Below are positions 49,980 through 59,764 of a stretch of 64,000 nt of DNA, in pieces. Position 1 is the stretch's first letter. Every line of letters begins with the position of its first letter. A program made the translations under genes and the position numbers. The notes under the pieces were generated by a model. It was not told where the DNA came from and ran no database searches. It saw nothing but the letters and a program-made list of their open reading frames with translations. This DNA comes from Candidatus Poribacteria bacterium (lineage in GTDB: Bacteria > Poribacteria > WGA-4E > WGA-3G): assembly GCA_963663765.2 (NCBI GenBank), contig CAXXUA010000013.1, forward strand, positions 640,001 to 704,000. Direction: 5' to 3'.

Positions 49980-51309
49980 TATGATCTATGTGTTTTGCAA
50001 GTGCATCGCGAAAAGTGGAAGGTTTCATGGAGAGTAATCGTGCAGCCTGCGTCTTATTCCCGTCTGTTTTTCGCATCGCCCAAGCAATTAACTCACGTTC
50101 AGTAGATTTAATGATTTCATGATATGAGGTAGCACTCGGTGTGCTATCAAGTTTTTCAAAGGTTGGAAGTTTTAAATCTATCGGAATGTCCTCTGCAGTA
50201 ATGTCTGTTCCACTTTTGACAGAGACAAGCCGCTCAACGATATTTTCAAGTTCACTGATGTTACCCGGCCACGGATATTCTGTTAGTATGTTTACAGCAT
50301 CTGGTTTCATTCTGATGGCTTGATGTGGCGAGAAAATATCCAAAAAATGAGATATTAACATCGGGATATCTGTTTTGCGTTCACGCAACGGTGGCAGGAA
50401 TAGTGGAACAACATTCAATTGATAGTAAAGTTCCTCAAGAAAATCACCATGTTTTGTTTTTTCTTTTAGACATTCCCGACTTGTTGAAATGATCCGCACA
50501 TCAATTTCTTTAGGTTCATTTTCAGAAGGATCAATAATCTTGTCATTTTTCAACACGGACAATAACTTTGCTTGCAAGTCTATCGGCATGGTCTCTACAT
50601 TTACCACAAATAAAGTGCCTTGGTTTGCCAATTGTATTTTTCCTTGTTGGGTTTGAATACCAAAAAACTCAGTATCAATTGCATCGGCAGAGAGACCAAT
50701 ACAATTGATACTCACATAAGGTTGATGTTGACGTGCACTTTGGAGATGGATGGTTTTTGCTAACAGAGATTTACCTGTCCCCTCCTCACCAAATATCATA
50801 ATGTTACTATCTGATGAAGCAAGCTTGGGTAGGACTTTGAGTATTTCCTGTATCTGTTGGCTCTTTCCAATCAATGTTTGGTAAAGTGAGGGTTCTTGAG
50901 TAGTAGTAGATGTTTTGACAGAAGAAGTCTTATTGTCAACGGGTGTTTTACCCCTTAAAGTCTTGAGTTTATCTAACATTATGATTAACTCATCACTTGA
51001 AAAAGGCTTTTTTATGTAGTTATACGCTCCAAATCTTAGTGCTTCAACAGCTGTTTCTACACTTGCATAGGCGGTCATGACAATTACAGTGATTTGTGGA
51101 TGATCTTTTTTGACTTTTTTCAGGAAATCAATTCCGTGCATTTGTGGCATCCGTAAATCAGTTACCAAAACATCAAACTTCTCCTGTTGCAGCAGTTGCA
51201 ACCCGATCATAGGTGACTCAACAGCAATTGCATCGTAATTGGCATCGCGCAAGTCATCGCGGAGTGTCATGCGTTTTAGTTTTTCATCATCAACAACCAG
51301 GATTTTCAT
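49963..51309 (-). CDS. NtrC-family response regulator (REC-AAA+-Fis HTH) with degenerate AAA+ domain
   Basis: ILVVDDE, DLRMP, GEEGTGKS, YPWPGNISELEN, GNKTQAARLL; GAFTGA loop absent and Walker B altered. Confidence 0.88.
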   Translation of the reverse strand: MKILVVDDEKLKRMTLRDDLRDANYDAIAVESPMIGLQLLQQEKFDVLVTDLRMPQMHGIDFLKKVKKDHPQITVIVMTAYASVETAVEALRFGAYNYIKKPFSSDELIIMLDKLKTLRGKTPVDNKTSSVKTSTTTQEPSLYQTLIGKSQQIQEILKVLPKLASSDSNIMIFGEEGTGKSLLAKTIHLQSARQHQPYVSINCIGLSADAIDTEFFGIQTQQGKIQLANQGTLFVVNVETMPIDLQAKLLSVLKNDKIIDPSENEPKEIDVRIISTSRECLKEKTKHGDFLEELYYQLNVVPLFLPPLRERKTDIPMLISHFLDIFSPHQAIRMKPDAVNILTEYPWPGNISELENIVERLVSVKSGTDITAEDIPIDLKLPTFEKLDSTPSATSYHEIIKSTERELIAWAMRKTDGNKTQAARLLSMKPSTFRDALAKHIDHIEWKD

Positions 51310-51319
51310 TTTGATCCTC

Positions 51320-53080
51320 CTAAGTCTGTTTTCCTGCGATAGGTAGTTTTACAGTAAAGGTTGACCCCAGACCTTCCTCACTTTCTACTTCAATGACACC
51401 TTGATGTTGTCTAATAATCCTGTCAGAAACTGAAAGTCCAAGACCAGTTCCCTTTTCTGTTATCTGTGTAGTATAAAATGGGTCAAAAATTCTATCTTGA
51501 GATGTATTTGAAATACCTATTCCATTATCAATTACTTTTACGTAAACACTGGGTTGTGCTAAGAACGGATCTAATATCAATTCTCCTGTTCCAAACTGTA
51601 GTTTTCCACCTTTTGGCATTGCTGTTATGGCGTTCAGAGATAGATTTAGGATGACCTGTTCTAATAAATGTTTGTCACCATGAATGAGTGAAATGTTATT
51701 TTGGAAGTCTTTTTCAATCTGTATACCTTTTTCAGATGCACCATATTCAATAAGACCTATTGTTTCATTTACTATATCATTGAGGTTTATGGATGTTAAT
51801 GTCAACTCATGTGGTCGTGAGAAGTCGAGCAATTTTCCAATTGTCGCTTCAATTCGTCGTATCGCTTCCTCCATTAAATCGAGATATTCTTTAGTCTGTT
51901 CTATGTTTTTTGGGTTGCGTTGTATACGGAGTATGCAGTTTAACAACCCATCAAGGGGGTTATTGATTTCATGCGCTACTCCTGCAGCTAATTCACCTAT
52001 AGCAGCCATCTTTTCTGAAAAGATGAGTTGCTGTTCCATCCTTTTTCTATCAGTAACATCACGAGAAACGAGTACAGTTCCGAGATAATTATCCTCAACG
52101 TCTCGTACAGCAGCATAGGTATTCTCGTAGTGCTTTTCTCCTATCTGTTGGTCTTTTCTTTCAATAGCTTCGTTTCCTTCGGTGAATTCCCGCGATATTT
52201 GTGCAAGTGTTTCAGTGCTTCCAAAATGCAGGTTCGGTGTCATATTATGGTCGGATTGTTCTTCTTGTATCTGTAGTGCTGCTTTGTTGAAGAGGGTAGA
52301 TTTGTTAGTAGAATCAACAAATACAACACCTTCATGCATGCATTCAATAATAGATTTTAGTTTGTTTCGTTCAAAAACTAATTCTTTACGGGTTTCAACA
52401 AGCTCATCAACTTTTTCCTCCAAATGTTCTTTTAATTCGCGTGTTTCTGCTTCGCGTTCTCTTGCAGTCTGAGTAATTGTCGTTGCAAGATATACAGAGA
52501 AGAAGAGGGTACTTGTAAAAACAAAAAGAACTGCAAGAACATAGATTGGATCACGCCATAGGTTTTCAGGTAGGAAATTATTGAGATGGTAGTGTGTTAG
52601 AATCTCAAAATGCTCAAGGAATATGAGCGAACTTAGCAGCAATGTGTTCAGTGCTGCTAAGATATAACTCACACGTTTAGATAGGATGATGCTTGCAATA
52701 ATCAGGTGAAAAACAAAATAGAAAATAAAGGGGTTTTCAACACCACCGCTGAAGTGAATGAGTGCGATTAACGACAGCAAATCAAGGATGATATGGATGC
52801 ACGCTTGCCGTTTGATATACTCTAACCGTTGTTGTTCAGGTGCTTTTCGGAAAATCTGAGGTTCAAAGTTATAAAGCACCATCAGACCGGCAATAACATA
52901 CAAAGGTAAAGGTTGTGCTATCATGCCTCGCGCTAAATAGGCAACCGTTACAGTAAAAAAAACTCCTACGATTGCAATCCAACGGAGCCGCACTAACCAT
53001 CCGATTTGTTTGATTAACTCCAGTTTTAACGGCAGTTCATCTTCGACTGCTTTTTCCTGGAACAATTGTGTCTGCTCCAT
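51320..53080 (-). CDS. Membrane sensor histidine kinase with PAS domain
   Basis: Multiple TMs; AHEINNPL, QVILNL..NA, DNGIG, FDPFYTT, GTGLGL. Confidence 0.92.
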   Translation of the reverse strand: MEQTQLFQEKAVEDELPLKLELIKQIGWLVRLRWIAIVGVFFTVTVAYLARGMIAQPLPLYVIAGLMVLYNFEPQIFRKAPEQQRLEYIKRQACIHIILDLLSLIALIHFSGGVENPFIFYFVFHLIIASIILSKRVSYILAALNTLLLSSLIFLEHFEILTHYHLNNFLPENLWRDPIYVLAVLFVFTSTLFFSVYLATTITQTAREREAETRELKEHLEEKVDELVETRKELVFERNKLKSIIECMHEGVVFVDSTNKSTLFNKAALQIQEEQSDHNMTPNLHFGSTETLAQISREFTEGNEAIERKDQQIGEKHYENTYAAVRDVEDNYLGTVLVSRDVTDRKRMEQQLIFSEKMAAIGELAAGVAHEINNPLDGLLNCILRIQRNPKNIEQTKEYLDLMEEAIRRIEATIGKLLDFSRPHELTLTSINLNDIVNETIGLIEYGASEKGIQIEKDFQNNISLIHGDKHLLEQVILNLSLNAITAMPKGGKLQFGTGELILDPFLAQPSVYVKVIDNGIGISNTSQDRIFDPFYTTQITEKGTGLGLSVSDRIIRQHQGVIEVESEEGLGSTFTVKLPIAGKQT

Positions 53081-53094
53081 CTCAGTCGGTCTCT

Positions 53095-53382
53095 CTATTT
53101 GATGTAACGGACTTCACCTTCTACTTCAATGGTATCAACGATCGCCATGACAACACCATCAACAGGCTTGTTGCTGGTCACACTTGTCTGGCGCGCTGAA
53201 CTACCTGAAGCCACAAGCACAATTTCACCGATACCTGCTCCTACAGCATCTACGGCGACTATATACTTCCGTTCTAATTCACCTTCTAAATTCACATCTT
53301 GAACAATCAGTAACTTGCTACCCACAAGTTTCTCATCCTTTTGTGTTGCTACGACTGTCCCAGTAACCTTTCCAAGTGTCAT
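53095..53382 (-). CDS. EutN/CcmL microcompartment vertex protein (BMC-P)
   Basis: GKVTGTVVATQK..L.G.KLL; VAVDAVGAGIGE.VL..GSSAR; PVD..MAIVD. Confidence 0.92.
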   Translation of the reverse strand: MTLGKVTGTVVATQKDEKLVGSKLLIVQDVNLEGELERKYIVAVDAVGAGIGEIVLVASGSSARQTSVTSNKPVDGVVMAIVDTIEVEGEVRYIK

Positions 53383-53455
53383 TCAATATCCTTATCTCTA
53401 CTTTTGTATTAGAGTATATTCTTTGTGTATTTTGTGATATCACAAAGAAATTGAT

Positions 53456-53678
53456 GGGTGTGTAAAGTTTTTGACATGATGTTGTCAGAATCACCTAATC
53501 AACGGTATGAAGACCTTTTGATACTCCCCGGAATTCGTAGAAAACGCGGACAAAATACCAGCATCTCATCGTATACCTTATATAACGTTTAGTCTATGCA
53601 AGACTACATCGTGTATGAGTCTTATCCGCGTAATCAGTGTAATCTGCGATTCTGTCAACTAAAAACTTTAACATACCC
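53456..53678. mobile_element. MITE with the same ends as 8680-9191
   Basis: gggtgtgtaaagttttt / aaaaactttaacataccc; flanks aaattgat / aaattgac. Confidence 0.7.
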
Positions 53679-53752
53679 AAATTGACAATTTCCTATCATC
53701 ATGGTAAACTATTTCAGATGACTAAGTCAAGTCAAAAAGTTGGAGAACACTA

Positions 53753-54859
53753 TTGAACCAGAATACAACAGATGTCGTAATCATTGGTGGGGGTATAATT
53801 GGGTGTTCAATTGCGTATCAACTTGCCAAAAAGCAGTTGAATGTGCTTGTAATTGAGAAAGCTTCCCGTGTTGGCACGGAAGCATCTTGGGCAGGTGCAG
53901 GTATTTTGACTTCTCATGCATCCACACATGAACCGTATCCGGAACTTTGTCGTGCCAGTCTTGCCTTGTATCCAACCTTAGCAGCAGAACTAAAAGCAGA
54001 AACAGATATTGATATTGAGTTTATCCGTTCTGGTACACTCTCGGTTTTTTTCGACGAAGCCGAAGCAGCAGGTTTAATCGGTTTAGCAGAACGAAGAGTA
54101 AACCGTGGTTTTACTGCCGAAGTCTTAACACCCGAACAAGCATGGCAATCAGAACCCACTATCTCAAAATCAATAGAAGGTGCTGTGCTTTTCCCAGAAG
54201 ATGGACATGTACAAAACCCAAAAATGGTTAAAGCTTTAGCAAAGGGGGCTGCTAATTTAGGGGTAAAATTCTTGTTCGGAAATCCAATTACTGGATTTGT
54301 TAGAGAAAATGGGCAAGTCGTCGGGGTGATAGTGAACGATGAAACTATCCGTGCTGAAACGTTTGTGATTGCTGCGGGATGTTGGTCAGGTCACCTGACA
54401 GGATTTCTCAACCTTCCTATCTCCATTGCGCCTGTTAAAGGACAGATTGTCCTCCTTGAAACAATGCCGCCGATTTTCCAACATATTGTTGATGGACTTG
54501 GCATCTATATCGTTCCGAGAGCAGATGGGAAGGTTCTACTTGGTGCTACAGTGGAGTTCGTTGGGTATGATAAGACGACTTCAGTTGAGGGTGTGAAGCA
54601 GATGATTGACGCTGCTGTTGAAATCACACCACAACTTGCACAAAGTGCCTTTGTTCGGACGTGGGCAGGATTGCGTCCATATTACAAAAAGGGACCGTGT
54701 CTCGGATATCTACCAGGATATGACAATGTGGTATTGGCATCTGGACACTATAAAAATGGCATACTTCTGGCTCCAATCACAGGTCAACTCATTGCTGAAC
54801 TCATCACTAATGGGAAACTTTCAATATCCCTTGAACCTTTTCAACCCACATTGATGTAG
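53753..54859 (+). CDS. thiO: Glycine oxidase ThiO-like FAD oxidoreductase
   Basis: IIGGGIIG, ASWAGAGIL, PVKGQ, WAGLRP, GHYKNGILLAP. Confidence 0.8.
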   Translation: MNQNTTDVVIIGGGIIGCSIAYQLAKKQLNVLVIEKASRVGTEASWAGAGILTSHASTHEPYPELCRASLALYPTLAAELKAETDIDIEFIRSGTLSVFFDEAEAAGLIGLAERRVNRGFTAEVLTPEQAWQSEPTISKSIEGAVLFPEDGHVQNPKMVKALAKGAANLGVKFLFGNPITGFVRENGQVVGVIVNDETIRAETFVIAAGCWSGHLTGFLNLPISIAPVKGQIVLLETMPPIFQHIVDGLGIYIVPRADGKVLLGATVEFVGYDKTTSVEGVKQMIDAAVEITPQLAQSAFVRTWAGLRPYYKKGPCLGYLPGYDNVVLASGHYKNGILLAPITGQLIAELITNGKLSISLEPFQPTLM

Positions 54860-54912
54860 TGGTAACACTGCATCAATTGTAAATTATTTAAATGTCAAAT
54901 TAAAAACCTTTT

Positions 54913-55119
54913 ATGGAGGTAAAACAATTGGAACAATTGGAACAAATTGCAGGGATTGCGATTTTGAGCTTAATATTTAGTAGTTTTGTTACAGTTTTTT
55001 GGATGATAGTCGGTTGGCAAGCAATGCGTTCGCTTGAAAAACTTGCTAATGCTGTTGAATTGATGGCTCTACGTAACAATAGACAAAATCAACAAACAGA
55101 TCTAATAAGTGACGATTAG
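54913..55119 (+). CDS. Small single-TM hypothetical protein
   Basis: FWMIVGWQAMRSLEKLANAVE, similar to the next ORF. Confidence 0.55.
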   Translation: MEVKQLEQLEQIAGIAILSLIFSSFVTVFWMIVGWQAMRSLEKLANAVELMALRNNRQNQQTDLISDD

Positions 55120-55282
55120 AATATAAAATCACTAATTCTACTTATCTTGGTGCGTTTGTCAGGGAATGCTCTAAAGCATTCCCGCCTACCGCGTGAGTAT
55201 TCATGGTTCACTGAATAGAATACTTGGACTTTATTGTGAAGTAATAGCACTAAGATGCAATCCACAAAAAGTTTAAATTGAT

Positions 55283-55510
55283 ATGCAGAATTTTCATCAG
55301 AAGATTTTACTTAGGAGGAAAGTTATGCCCGAACTATTATCAACTCTAATAATTCTATTTTTCACCATATTTTGGGCTATTCTATTTTGGCGACTAATGC
55401 GAGCTCACGAAACATTAGCTGAAGCAGTAGATAGAATATCAATTAGTTTAAATAAGCAAGAATCAATGAATAGACCCAATCAAGAGAATCAAGAGAATCA
55501 AGTGAAATAA
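55283..55510 (+). CDS. Small single-TM hypothetical protein (likely start 55325)
   Basis: AGGAGG RBS before MPELL; FWAILFWRLMRAHETLAEAVD. Confidence 0.6.
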   Translation: MQNFHQKILLRRKVMPELLSTLIILFFTIFWAILFWRLMRAHETLAEAVDRISISLNKQESMNRPNQENQENQVK

Positions 55511-55593
55511 ATAGAAGGAAAGACAATTCACATGAATTGAGTTGGAAATTGTTATCGCAAATATTATGAATTCATAGCAATTAAAGGAAATAA

Positions 55594-55989
55594 ATGAAAC
55601 CGCATATCACTATTGTTACACTGGGCGTTGAAGACCTTCAGCGCGCTATTGAATTTTACCGCAATGGATTAGGATTTCCACTTATGGATGAGGGTGACAC
55701 GGATAGTATTGCGTTTTTTAAGTTGGAAGGTATAATCCTTGGGCTTTATCCCAGAGACAAATTGGCTGAAGATATAACGATTTCATCTGAAGGTTCAGGA
55801 TTTCAGGGATTTACACTTGCTCACAACGTAGGTTCTCCTGAGGAAGTAGACAACACTTTAGCAGAAGCAGTTTCTGCGGGAGCGGAGCTTGTAAAACCGG
55901 GCCAGAAAGTGTTTTGGGGTGGGTATTCTGGTTACTTCCAAGACCCTGATGGGTTCTATTGGGAAGTCGCTCATAATCCCTTTCTATAA
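55594..55989 (+). CDS. VOC/glyoxalase family protein
   Basis: VTLGVEDL.RA..FY..GLGF; FWGGYSGYFQDPDGFYWEVAHNP. Confidence 0.92.
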   Translation: MKPHITIVTLGVEDLQRAIEFYRNGLGFPLMDEGDTDSIAFFKLEGIILGLYPRDKLAEDITISSEGSGFQGFTLAHNVGSPEEVDNTLAEAVSAGAELVKPGQKVFWGGYSGYFQDPDGFYWEVAHNPFL

Positions 55990-56075
55990 TGTTTAGTGTG
56001 AATTTTTGCTTTACAGAAACAGAAACTGAATTGGCTTCGCTGTTGATACAAACTACAAGATAGGTATAAAACACT

Positions 56076-56345
56076 ATGGCAAAAAACGAACCTCCCCGAA
56101 TCTCATCGATGAGTGAGTTTATTGAATGGGTAAACCAATTAGGTTTCGGAAATTATCTATTTCGGGGTGTACCGAATGCGGAATATAGTATACAAGCATC
56201 TGCTTATCGCCGCCCAAAAGAAGAAGACAAACAAGCAGAAAATTTTATTCAAATCAATATTGGTATGTCAAACCTCAAAAACCGATGGAAGCAGAAAAAC
56301 ACTTTATCGCTATCAATGACGTTGAGAAACAGAAGAAGTTGTTAG
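56076..56345 (+). pseudogene. Truncated FRG-domain protein
   Basis: ISSMSEFIEWV...YLFRGVPNAEY.IQASAYR; the rest of the domain is missing. Confidence 0.65.
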
Positions 56346-56447
56346 CGGAGTTGCTGGATAAGAATCAATTGTATGTCCATCTTTCTGAAATGGAAGATGA
56401 GACGTTTAAGGTCGGTGAAGCAGATAAGGTGTTGAACAAGAAGTTTT

Positions 56448-57290
56448 ATGGAGAATAAACAAACCCCAATATCATCATCTTCAATTCGACACTACTTTGT
56501 AGACGAAGGAGGCGATAGCACTCTCTTTTCTAAGACAGGAAAAGTATTGGTAGGTACAGAAGGATGTTCCCGGTTTTTCATACTTGGCTTATTGGAAGTG
56601 CCAAATCCAACAGCATTAAAGGTTCGTTTTGATGGACTACGTGCACAGCTGATGGTCTATTCCTATTTCAATGCCGTGCCGTCTATGCAACCAAACGAGC
56701 GAAAAACTGCTGTTGCATTTCACGCCAAGGATGATTTACCTGAAGTTCGGAGGGATGTATTTAAATTTTTACGTGACATGGAAGGATTACGCTTTTACGC
56801 AGTTGTTGCTGATAAATTGAGCGTTCTTGAATACGTCCGCCAACGCAACAAACGAGAAACCGCTTATCGTTACCAGCCCAATGAACTTTACGACTATTTG
56901 ACAGGATATTTATTCAAAGAAAGATTAAGTCAGCATAATAGATACGATATTATTTTTTCCAAACGTGGTAAATCTGGCAGACTTGACGATTTGCGTAAGC
57001 TGATTGAAACAGCATCCTCACTTATAACACAGCAGCAGAACATCAGTGCCGATTCTGTTCCAAACGTATCTGTCGCTACGCCGAAGGAACATGCCGGTTT
57101 GCAAGCAGTCGACTATTTTGTTTGGGCATTACAGAGACTCTATGAGCGGGATGAGGAGCGATACCTGTTATATCTATGGGACGCTATTCGCATCGTATAC
57201 GATATTGATGATACGCGGAAAACCGATAACGGCATCCTTTATACACAAAAGAACCCTTTAACAACGGAGGTTTTACAGTGGCGGAAATAA
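56448..57290 (+). CDS. DUF3800-family protein (predicted RNase H-like fold)
   Basis: YFVDEGGD start, SRFFILG, FHAKDD, C-terminal LQAVDYFVWA. Confidence 0.8.
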   Translation: MENKQTPISSSSIRHYFVDEGGDSTLFSKTGKVLVGTEGCSRFFILGLLEVPNPTALKVRFDGLRAQLMVYSYFNAVPSMQPNERKTAVAFHAKDDLPEVRRDVFKFLRDMEGLRFYAVVADKLSVLEYVRQRNKRETAYRYQPNELYDYLTGYLFKERLSQHNRYDIIFSKRGKSGRLDDLRKLIETASSLITQQQNISADSVPNVSVATPKEHAGLQAVDYFVWALQRLYERDEERYLLYLWDAIRIVYDIDDTRKTDNGILYTQKNPLTTEVLQWRK

Positions 57291-57363
57291 AAAGTCAGGG
57301 ATATAGGATTGTGCAAACCGCAGCCCGACAATCACCAGGCATGGAGCCATTTTCGTCCCTGAC
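57289..57363 (-). ncRNA. Candidate structured small RNA convergent with the DUF3800 gene
   Basis: Closing stem gtcaggga (57294-57301) / tccctgac (57356-57363); inner stem gattgt / acaatc; U5 tail on the minus strand; promoter immediately upstream. Confidence 0.55.
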
Positions 57364-57369
57364 AATTAC

Positions 57370-57399
57370 ATAATACAACATATTGTGATATTATGTCAA
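57370..57399 (-). promoter_or_regulatory. sigma70 promoter TTGACA-N18-TATTAT for the candidate RNA
   Basis: tgtcaa 57394-57399 and ataata 57370-57375; expected start site ~57363. Confidence 0.6.
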
Positions 57400-57697
57400 G
57401 TAAATTTCACATATTCTGTCTATTACAATATGGTAGAAAGCAATGGTATCTAATGACAATAAAAGCTATGTCAACCCTCCAAATAGAGGACAAGACGTTG
57501 AAATACCATTTCTAAATGATAACTTATCATTATCAAGAATCACGACAAAACCCCTACCTTTAGGTAGTGGGATGTAGTCGTGCTAAGTGCTTGTGTCAAG
57601 AAAAAACTTGATTTTTGGTTTAAAACATGAGATACTCATTATATCAGTTCAGTGTAGGTGCTACTAACACCTACACACCTTTAGTATGGGGAACTGA

Positions 57698-57785
57698 TAC
57701 CAAATTAACGGAATATGTCTTTTTCCGACGGTAGGTGCGGTTTCCTAACCGCACACTTAACAAGATAAATCACATTAATTGGGTA
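57698..57785. mobile_element. 88-bp TACC...GGTA MITE in the tnpB 5' region, TGA duplication
   Basis: TGA at 57695-57697 and 57786-57788. Confidence 0.85.
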
Positions 57786-57814
57786 TGACATCTTCATAGG
57801 ACTGGAATATCATC

Positions 57815-59005
57815 CTGCTAAAAACACATAAGATTGCATTGAATCCAAATAACAATCAACGCAATTGGTTTGCACAACAGTGTGGCTATGCGAGATTTGC
57901 ATATAATCATGCATTAGCAGATTTCAAGTCTGCATTGGCAAATGATGAGTTCTTATCCGCTGCGAAGTTAAACAAGCGGTTTAATGTTGCTAAGAAAGAA
58001 CATGCTTGGACAAAAGATATGGATCAGGTTGTAGCCAACAAAAGCATATTTGGCAACTTATCGGCTGCGCTTGCGAATTGGGTTGGTAAACGTGCAAAGT
58101 TTCCGAAGTTCAAGAAGCGTGGTAAAAAGGACGCATTCACCACAAATAATCAATCTGTGGAAGTTGAAGGCAAGCGTATCAAACTTCCTAAGATTGGTTG
58201 GATTAGCATGTTTGAATCATTGCGTTTTGTGGGTAAGATTATGAAAGTGACGATCTCAAGGACAGCACATCGTTGGTTTGTATCTATCACCGTAGAAACA
58301 GAGGACACCGAAGCAGTTGATAATTCAACGCACCCTGTGATTGGTGTAGATGTAGGCATTAACACACTTGCCACCTTGAGTAATGGCACGAAATATGATA
58401 ATCCCCGACCGCTAAAACGTTATGAGCGGAAGCTAAAGAGAGAACAACGCAAGTTGAGCCGGCGTGTTTTCAAGTCTAAAAACTGGTTCAAGCAGAAACA
58501 CGAGCTACAACGTATCCACTATCGTATCGCTTGTATCCGAAACGACGCACATCACAAAGCAACTACAGAGATTGTCAACCATGCCGCTGCGATCGGTATT
58601 GAGACACTCAAGGTTACGAATATGCTGAAGAATAGAAAACTCGCAAAAGTATTGTCAGATTCAGCATTAGGCGGTTTCCTGCTAAAACTCAAGACAAAAG
58701 CGGAAGTGCGCGGTATACCTGTCAAAGAAGCAGATCAGTTCTTTGCAAGTAGTAAAACCTGTTCCGGTTGTGGACACAAAAAGAAAGACCTTACACTTTC
58801 AGAAAGAATGTATCACTGCAGTCAATGTGATATGTCTATAGATAGAGATGTCAACGCTGCCATAAACTTGAAACCAACTACGGTGGGGCACACCGAAAGT
58901 CACGCCTGTGGAGTGCAAATAAGACCCAACGCTGTTCAGGAAAGGGCACGAGACACGGAAGCAGGAAAAGTCGTTTGGAAACAACTCAAACCGTTTCCAA
59001 TATAA
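57815..59005 (+). CDS. tnpB: TnpB RNA-guided endonuclease
   Basis: (M)LKTHKIALNP from in-frame CTG; GYARFAYN, FPKFKKR, IKLPKIG, RuvC GVDVG / IETL / DRDVNAA, CSGC..CSQC zinc finger. Confidence 0.93.
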   Translation: MLKTHKIALNPNNNQRNWFAQQCGYARFAYNHALADFKSALANDEFLSAAKLNKRFNVAKKEHAWTKDMDQVVANKSIFGNLSAALANWVGKRAKFPKFKKRGKKDAFTTNNQSVEVEGKRIKLPKIGWISMFESLRFVGKIMKVTISRTAHRWFVSITVETEDTEAVDNSTHPVIGVDVGINTLATLSNGTKYDNPRPLKRYERKLKREQRKLSRRVFKSKNWFKQKHELQRIHYRIACIRNDAHHKATTEIVNHAAAIGIETLKVTNMLKNRKLAKVLSDSALGGFLLKLKTKAEVRGIPVKEADQFFASSKTCSGCGHKKKDLTLSERMYHCSQCDMSIDRDVNAAINLKPTTVGHTESHACGVQIRPNAVQERARDTEAGKVVWKQLKPFPI

Positions 59006-59122
59006 GAACTAAGAACCCCCATGCTTTAGCTTGGGGAGTATGTCAGTAATACACGCGTTCGTAGTCGCGCAATTCATTGCGCCTCAGACATTCAAGTTCA
59101 AAAGGATTAATCATTATTAGAA

Positions 59123-59286
59123 CAGGACTTACGCAAAAACGGTAGGCGGGGAATGCTATATAGCATTCATACCGTTGATTTCTTGATTTGGTGCTTTGTA
59201 AGCGCGCCGGATACCTAAAAAGTGCTGAAAATTACATCGTTCTCGGCTTAATTCTTCATCAAATCAAGAAAACTGCGTAAGTCCTG
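59123..59286. mobile_element. MITE with the IS701-element TIRs
   Basis: caggacttacgca / tgcgtaagtcctg; no clear target duplication. Confidence 0.75.
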
Positions 59287-59367
59287 ATAAGTAAAGACAA
59301 TTCACATGGATTGAGTTTGAAATTGTTATCGCAAATATTATGAATTCATAGCAATTAAAGGAAATAA

Positions 59368-59764
59368 ATGAAACCGCATATCACTATTGTTACACTGGGC
59401 GTTGAAGACCTTCAGCGCGCAATTGAATTTTACCACGGTGGATTAGGTTTTCCACTGATGGATGAGGGTGACACGGATAGTATTGCATTTTTTAAGTTGG
59501 AAGGTATAATCCTTGGACTTTATCCCATAGACAAACTGGCTGAAGATATAACGATTTCATCTGAAGGTTCAGGATTTCAGGGATTTACACTTGCTCACAA
59601 CGTAGGTTCTCCTGAGGAAGTAGACAACACTTTAGCAGAAGCAGTTTCTGCGGGGGCGGAGGCTTGTAAAACCGGGCCAGAAAGTGTTTTGGGGAGGGTA
59701 TTCTGGCTACTTCAAAGACCCTGATGGGTTCTATTGGGAAGTCGCTCATAATCCCTTTCTATAA
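59368..59764 (+). pseudogene. Frameshifted duplicate of the VOC gene
   Basis: gcggaggctt vs gcggagctt (+1 G near 59661); could also be a sequencing error. Confidence 0.75.

Larger units (their letters stand above)
57534..59045 (+). mobile_element. IS200/IS605-family element with tnpB only (IS1341-type); ends approximate
   Basis: Subterminal hairpins cccctacctttaggtagtggg (left) and ccccatgctttagcttgggg followed by agtatgtca (right); no tnpA; TTAT precedes the putative left end. Confidence 0.75.

Noticed and set aside
57289-57363. tRNA gene
   Set aside because: No T-loop GTTC or D-loop consensus and no four-arm cloverleaf; kept only as a candidate non-tRNA structured RNA.
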